Of a stretch of DNA of 54,373 bases, positions 49,661-54,373 are shown one piece after another (the first letter of the stretch is position 1; each line of letters starts with the position of its first letter). The notes beneath the pieces were generated by a model that did not search any database, was not told where the DNA came from, and saw nothing but the letters and a program-made list of their open reading frames with translations. This DNA comes from Candidatus Hydrogenedentota bacterium (GTDB lineage Bacteria > Hydrogenedentota > Hydrogenedentia > Hydrogenedentales > SLHB01). Where the stretch lies: positions 1 to 54,373 of the forward strand of contig JAWXCN010000173.1 in the NCBI GenBank assembly GCA_034408725.1, given 5' to 3'. The translations under genes and the position numbers were made by a program.

Positions 49661-50002
49661 ATGGAAATAAACCACGAAATTATAAACGGCATTCAGGTTA
49701 TCACTATGCGCGGGCGTTTCGACGCACCGGCCGCGCCGGATGCCGAGCGCCTGTTTAAGGAATTGCTTCAGCATGGCATGACCCGCGTAATCCTTGATCT
49801 GACTGGAGTCGAGTATATTAGCAGCGGCGGTCTTCGCGTTATCATCATGCTCACCAAAGCGCTGGAAAAGATCCAGGGCGATCTGAAACTGTGTGGACTC
49901 AGCCCCTTCGTTTCCGAAGTGTTCAAAATAACCAACTTGGCGAGGCGCTACGATATTTGTCCCACCCGCGATGAAGCCTTGGCCCTGTTCTCCGAATCTT
50001 AA
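49661..50002 (+). CDS. STAS-domain anti-sigma-factor antagonist
   Basis: GRFD, LDLTGVEYISSGGLR (phosphorylatable Ser) and V.EVF.IT motifs. Confidence 0.93.
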   Translation: MEINHEIINGIQVITMRGRFDAPAAPDAERLFKELLQHGMTRVILDLTGVEYISSGGLRVIIMLTKALEKIQGDLKLCGLSPFVSEVFKITNLARRYDICPTRDEALALFSES

Positions 50003-50033
50003 CGGCGCGCCGCACGACGGGAGACGGTAGCCA

Positions 50034-51974
50034 ATGCGTGACACCACCGGCATTCCGGGAAATCTGTCCGGCGCCACGGGTGATGCCGGCCCTTCCCCAA
50101 GCCAGATTAGCGATCTGCCAACACTGGTCGATTCGTGCAGCGATGCAGCCGAAGCGTTTCGCGTCAGTTCCATTGGCTCAATGCTCGATGACCGTCACCG
50201 CGTGCTTGATGTCAAGGGCGGACAAGGCCGTAGCGGGATGGGCATTGTCTACATCGTCGAAACCGACGGAGTGCGCCTGGCCGCCAAAACTTTTCAGCAC
50301 CAGTTTTCGCGAAATCTTCCGCTGGTGCAGCGTTTCCTGCGCGAAGCGCGCACCTGGATTCTCACCGGCTTTCACGAAAACATTGTTCACGCCTATTTCA
50401 TCGACATCATCGGCGCTACGCCCTATTTGTTCATGGAATATATCGAGCCCGATGTCAAAGGATTCGTGTCGTTGGCCGACCACCTGCGTTATGGGCAAAT
50501 ATCCGTGCAGTCGGCCGTGGAATGGGCCATACAAGCATGCGAAGGCATGGAGCATGCCACGCAATCGGTGCCTGGTTTGGTACATCGCGACCTCAAGCCG
50601 GAAAACCTTCTCATCGGCGCAAGCGGCCACCTCAAGATCACAGACTTCGGGTTGGTGCGTTGCCGTCTCGCCGACGGTCTCGAAGCGGTCATCGACGAAT
50701 CGATAGCGACACGGCCCGGCCTCACCCAAGTCGGTAGCGCGTTTGGCACGCCCGCGTACATGGCGCCCGAACAGTTTTTTGCCGCCGACGAAGTATCCCT
50801 GTCCGCCGATATTTATGCGCTGGGCTGCTGTTTCTATGAAGCCATCAGCGGAGAACGCTTGTTTACAATTCGCGGCACGACCGGGCTCGAACATCTCATG
50901 GAAATGCGGCGCATGCACGAAAGCGAACCACCTGTTCCGCTGTTGGTGCGGGTGCGGGAATGTCCCCAGGACCTGGACCGCGTCGTGATGAAGTGCATCG
51001 AAAAAAAACCGGAAGACCGTTGGAAGTCGTTTGCCGAACTTGCCGCGGAATTGCGCTTCGTCCAGGAGCGAATACTAAAACGCGAACGGTCTCGTCCACA
51101 GAGAATCGAACCCTCCGCCGAACAGGTCGGACGGCAATTGCGGTCGTTGACATTGGCCGACGGCTACCACCGCGCCATACGCCTCCAGGACCTTCGCGAC
51201 AGCCAGGATACCAGCCCGTACGCGTTTCATCTCGCCCTGGCGTCGTACTTCCGCAGCGCCGATGAAACGGAAGAGGAGAGCCGCCAGTTAACGAAAGCAG
51301 TTCGCGCCCGCATGGTCAATGAAGGCCACGAAGCCGCGCGGCGTCTGGCGGAATTGCACCTGCAAAACGGTGAGTTCAGGGCCGCCGAAGATTTGCTCGC
51401 GGCGTTTCTCGAGGAGAGCCCGAACGGCGTAGACACGCTGCTCGAACCCCTCGTCTACTCGCGCATCGTCCGCCAGAATTTTTCAGATGCGGCCGCGATT
51501 CTTGACCAGGCCGCGCCGTCCCTGCGCTCGGACCTGTTGCGGGCGGCATTGCATCGCGCGCAAGGTCAACTTGAGAAGTCCATCGACATCTGGCAGCGCC
51601 ACATCAAGCTCGTGCTCGACGCGATCAAAGAGAAGCTGGGTGAAACCGCAGCCGGAGATCGGGTGGGCTGGGACCACGCTGACGATGCCACCGTGTTGCG
51701 CGAAGTGATGGCAGAACTTGCACCCGAGTGTGACACCGGCGTGCTCAACACCGTCCAACACGCCGTATGGCCGGACATGGATGCATTTCCCGACTTTTCA
51801 GCGGACATGGCTTGGCTCGCGAATGCCCTCGGTGAACTCGCCGACAGCACTGGAGCCTCCGCCGATTCATCACGAATTGCGCGTTGCGCTACCCTGCTCG
51901 GATATCCGCACCGCCTGCAACGCCATCTTCAGCGCGACGAGCTGTGGTTCTGGTCCAAGGAGCCAGCCGAATAA
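50034..51974 (+). CDS. Serine/threonine protein kinase with C-terminal TPR-like helical region
   Basis: GMGIVY, AAK, HRDLKPEN, DFG, GTPAYMAPE and DIYALG motifs; no TM helix seen. Confidence 0.93.
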   Translation: MRDTTGIPGNLSGATGDAGPSPSQISDLPTLVDSCSDAAEAFRVSSIGSMLDDRHRVLDVKGGQGRSGMGIVYIVETDGVRLAAKTFQHQFSRNLPLVQRFLREARTWILTGFHENIVHAYFIDIIGATPYLFMEYIEPDVKGFVSLADHLRYGQISVQSAVEWAIQACEGMEHATQSVPGLVHRDLKPENLLIGASGHLKITDFGLVRCRLADGLEAVIDESIATRPGLTQVGSAFGTPAYMAPEQFFAADEVSLSADIYALGCCFYEAISGERLFTIRGTTGLEHLMEMRRMHESEPPVPLLVRVRECPQDLDRVVMKCIEKKPEDRWKSFAELAAELRFVQERILKRERSRPQRIEPSAEQVGRQLRSLTLADGYHRAIRLQDLRDSQDTSPYAFHLALASYFRSADETEEESRQLTKAVRARMVNEGHEAARRLAELHLQNGEFRAAEDLLAAFLEESPNGVDTLLEPLVYSRIVRQNFSDAAAILDQAAPSLRSDLLRAALHRAQGQLEKSIDIWQRHIKLVLDAIKEKLGETAAGDRVGWDHADDATVLREVMAELAPECDTGVLNTVQHAVWPDMDAFPDFSADMAWLANALGELADSTGASADSSRIARCATLLGYPHRLQRHLQRDELWFWSKEPAE

Positions 51975-51978
51975 TTCG

Positions 51979-52536
51979 CTATGGCGTAGCGGGTGCCGCC
52001 TCGGACGGCGCCGGTTCATCGCCCACTTCACTCACGGGCACGGGTTCAGACGGCGCAGGTTCCGCGGATTCCATCATCGTCGGCATGCCGCTCTGCATTT
52101 TGCGCTGCATATCCTGAAGCTCGGGGTGTGCGGCAGAAAATTGTGAGAATTCTATTAACGAGCAATCAGGGTTGCCTTTGACAAAGTCTCGAATCGTCGT
52201 CGCGTTCTTGGCTTCTTCTTCGGATACCGCGCCGTCTTCCAAAGGCTCGATAGCGGCGAGCATCACGAGCATGGTCGTCCACATGCTTGCTGCTGGATCC
52301 TGCGACACGGCGACCAGGTCGTCGAAGACTGCCGCGTGCTCCGCGGGAACTTTGTTCGCCGCCTTGAGCGCGTCGTACTGCGTCTTGACTTGCCCGGATA
52401 ATTCCTTGGCCCCCTGTTGAGAAATTTTCCGGAAGCCGAAATATCCCAAGACCCCAAAACCCACAATGCACAAGACGACGACCACCGCGCATCCCAAAAG
52501 CCACTTTACCAATGCGTTCCCATTTTCTTCGCGCAT
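51979..52536 (-). CDS. Hypothetical membrane-anchored protein
   Basis: N-terminal KWLLGCAVVVVLCIVG TM helix, helical body, P/E/A-rich tail. Confidence 0.7.
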   Translation of the reverse strand: MREENGNALVKWLLGCAVVVVLCIVGFGVLGYFGFRKISQQGAKELSGQVKTQYDALKAANKVPAEHAAVFDDLVAVSQDPAASMWTTMLVMLAAIEPLEDGAVSEEEAKNATTIRDFVKGNPDCSLIEFSQFSAAHPELQDMQRKMQSGMPTMMESAEPAPSEPVPVSEVGDEPAPSEAAPATP

Positions 52537-52661
52537 CTCAGCACCCCTTTTCCTGATAATGATACTATCCTCTGCCCATTTCGTACAGGAGTCAACTAGG
52601 CTGTCGCCTAAACCGTCGCGCGGCAAAGCGCATCTGATTGTATGACCCGGAGAAACGACCC

Positions 52662-53402
52662 GTGTCTCACTATGACGCTCTTTTTGCCGGATACCTCATG
52701 GCGCTAACCGGCTGGTTGGTGCTGGCTCGCTACGTCACCGCCCTTCGATCAAACCGCGAACCATGCCCTTTCCAACACCCCTGGCGCGAGGTCGGCTGGG
52801 CAATCGCGGCCTGCGTAGCCGTACTGATTGTCGGTCAAGTCTACCAGCGGGGCTGGTTACTACCAACCGGAAATTTTAGGCCCGTTGCTGAATCCCTGAA
52901 TCACTGCATCATTTTTTCGCCGTTCTTCTTCTTGCTGTTCTTCCGAAAACAACCCCTGACAACGGCCTGGATACCGGACAACCGAATCGCCCTGCGCCTC
53001 GCAACAGGGATCGGCCTGGCGCTCGCGGCCATCACGGTCTACCTTATCGTCCGCCCGGACAATCCTCCGATATTCGCCGTCCTACTGTCCATCATTCATC
53101 CCAAGAATTTGCCGATGGCAGTGCAAGTACTTCTGGAAGACGTGGCAATCGCGATTCTGCTCGTGAGATTCCGCGCGGCCATCGGACTCCACGCGAGCGT
53201 GCTTCTCGTCGCTTGCCTTTTCGCCGCCGGCCACATCCCCGCGATGCTGACCGAGTCCACTCCCTGGTCTGAATTCGCGCACCTGATTTTGGACGCGGGC
53301 ATTGCGGCTGCGGCGATAACCGTCTTATACCGATCAGCGGATATCAGTTGGTTTTGGTGCGTCCACTACGCGATGGATATGATGCAATTTCAAACGATTT
53401 AG
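52662..53402 (+). CDS. CPBP-like multi-pass membrane protein
   Basis: Multi-TM; ED, FAAGH and C-terminal HY.MD motifs; RBS GGAG before GTG 52662. Confidence 0.65.
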   Translation: MSHYDALFAGYLMALTGWLVLARYVTALRSNREPCPFQHPWREVGWAIAACVAVLIVGQVYQRGWLLPTGNFRPVAESLNHCIIFSPFFFLLFFRKQPLTTAWIPDNRIALRLATGIGLALAAITVYLIVRPDNPPIFAVLLSIIHPKNLPMAVQVLLEDVAIAILLVRFRAAIGLHASVLLVACLFAAGHIPAMLTESTPWSEFAHLILDAGIAAAAITVLYRSADISWFWCVHYAMDMMQFQTI

Positions 53403-53473
53403 TCCTACTCATCTAATGGGTATTTCCGCATCAGATCGCAGAATTCGTCGCAGCCGCACCCCTGCGCTCTTTC

Positions 53474-53505
53474 AATCCAAAATCTAAAATCCAAAATCCA
53501 AAATC
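53474..53505. repeat. Heptamer tandem repeat (AATCYAA)4
   Basis: AATCCAA AATCTAA AATCCAA AATCCAA AATC between convergent genes. Confidence 0.9.
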
Positions 53506-53507
53506 GA

Positions 53508-54293
53508 TCAAGTCGAGTCTATCGGCACAACCATCCCGTCTTCCGCGGCGATTACGCTGACGCCCAACTCATCCGTTAACCGAGCCGCGACCTTGGGCGG
53601 GTCCGCTTCCAGCATGCTGATTCCGAAATGGGTCATCACCACTTTCTTCGGTTTCGCAATACGCACGATCTCCTTCACGTCATTCACGCACAGATGCAAG
53701 ATTTTCGGGTGCGGCGGTTCATCGTGAAACGTGACGTAGACCACCAGTACGTCCGCGTGCGCATACGCTGCGGGCAATTCGGGAAAGTAACGCGTATCCA
53801 CCAGAAACGATACCTTTCGCCCGTCCGTATCAAACGTTACACCGAAGGTGTCGATGCCATGATCATGCGGAATCGAAGTTGTGATTCCGAGGTCTCCAAG
53901 CCGATACGATTGCGAGGGTTCAATCGTCACGATCTCATCCAGGAATGGACGCAGATAACTGAGCACCACCCGGCTCTCTCCCTCGAGGCATGCGCGAGGC
54001 GCGAAAAGCACTCCGCCTTTGTTAAACCCGCCGCCCGTCATCGCGTCAATCATAATATTGACGTCACAACAATGATCAATGTGACTATGGGTAAGAATGA
54101 TGCCATCAAGAAATGACGGATCAATGGGAGGCTCCGCCTGCGCGCATCGCACCAGCGCGCCGGGGCCGGGATCAAGGTGTACCTTCTTCCCGCTCAATTG
54201 CAGATACACGCCACCGGACGCGCGCGTTTGCTTCGACACGACCCAACGCGATCCCGCCGTGCCAAGAAACTTGATGTAATTTTTGGAACTCAC
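53508..54293 (-). CDS. Metallo-beta-lactamase fold hydrolase
   Basis: FLGTAG, LDPGPG, THSHIDH (HxHxDH), DT and MTHF motifs; GTG start with a GAGGG RBS. Confidence 0.92.
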   Translation of the reverse strand: MSSKNYIKFLGTAGSRWVVSKQTRASGGVYLQLSGKKVHLDPGPGALVRCAQAEPPIDPSFLDGIILTHSHIDHCCDVNIMIDAMTGGGFNKGGVLFAPRACLEGESRVVLSYLRPFLDEIVTIEPSQSYRLGDLGITTSIPHDHGIDTFGVTFDTDGRKVSFLVDTRYFPELPAAYAHADVLVVYVTFHDEPPHPKILHLCVNDVKEIVRIAKPKKVVMTHFGISMLEADPPKVAARLTDELGVSVIAAEDGMVVPIDST

Positions 54294-54329
54294 GTGTCCC
54301 TCGAAGTCCCAAGCATACCAGATTGAAGA

Positions 54330-54370
54330 GCCTTGGAGAGTGCGGCAGCGGGTAGCTGCCGCTTTCACTT
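54330..54370. repeat. REP unit of the same family as 35545-35870
   Basis: GCCTTGGAGAGTGCGGCAGCGGGTAGCTGCCGCTTTCACTT is near-identical to the reverse complement of 35666-35703; perfect 8-bp stem GCGGCAGC/GCTGCCGC. Confidence 0.85.
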
Positions 54371-54373
54371 TAC

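Overview
GC-rich bacterial chromosomal window from a diderm organism; the many exported and lipoprotein genes suggest a PVC- or Hydrogenedentota-like lineage, which is an inference only. Housekeeping genes are aroA, nth, polX, ogt, rsmI, carB, greA and pdxJ. Sugar-catabolism genes include a Gfo/Idh/MocA oxidoreductase with a TIM-barrel isomerase, an SSS transporter and a Tat-exported GH109-like enzyme. There is an 8-gene MoxR-DUF58-BatA/VWA-DUF4159 operon ending in a Cys-rich exported module, and an MBOAT/AlgX-AlgJ O-acetylation cassette. Signalling genes encode an FHA-GGDEF protein, a His-less PAS pseudokinase, an MCP, a STAS protein and a Ser/Thr kinase. The most unusual signal is intergenic. 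An inverted-repeat-bounded cassette (4492-5208) carries two decayed PD-(D/E)XK-type nuclease genes. Related empty CACG-core inverted repeats lie at 29044-29200 and 33000-33063. There are also REP/BIME clusters, a truncated RAYT transposase, and two ~120-130 bp palindromic elements whose termini supply stop codons of the flanking convergent genes. No tRNA, rRNA or CRISPR array was recognised. All family calls come from motif recognition by eye, not database searches.
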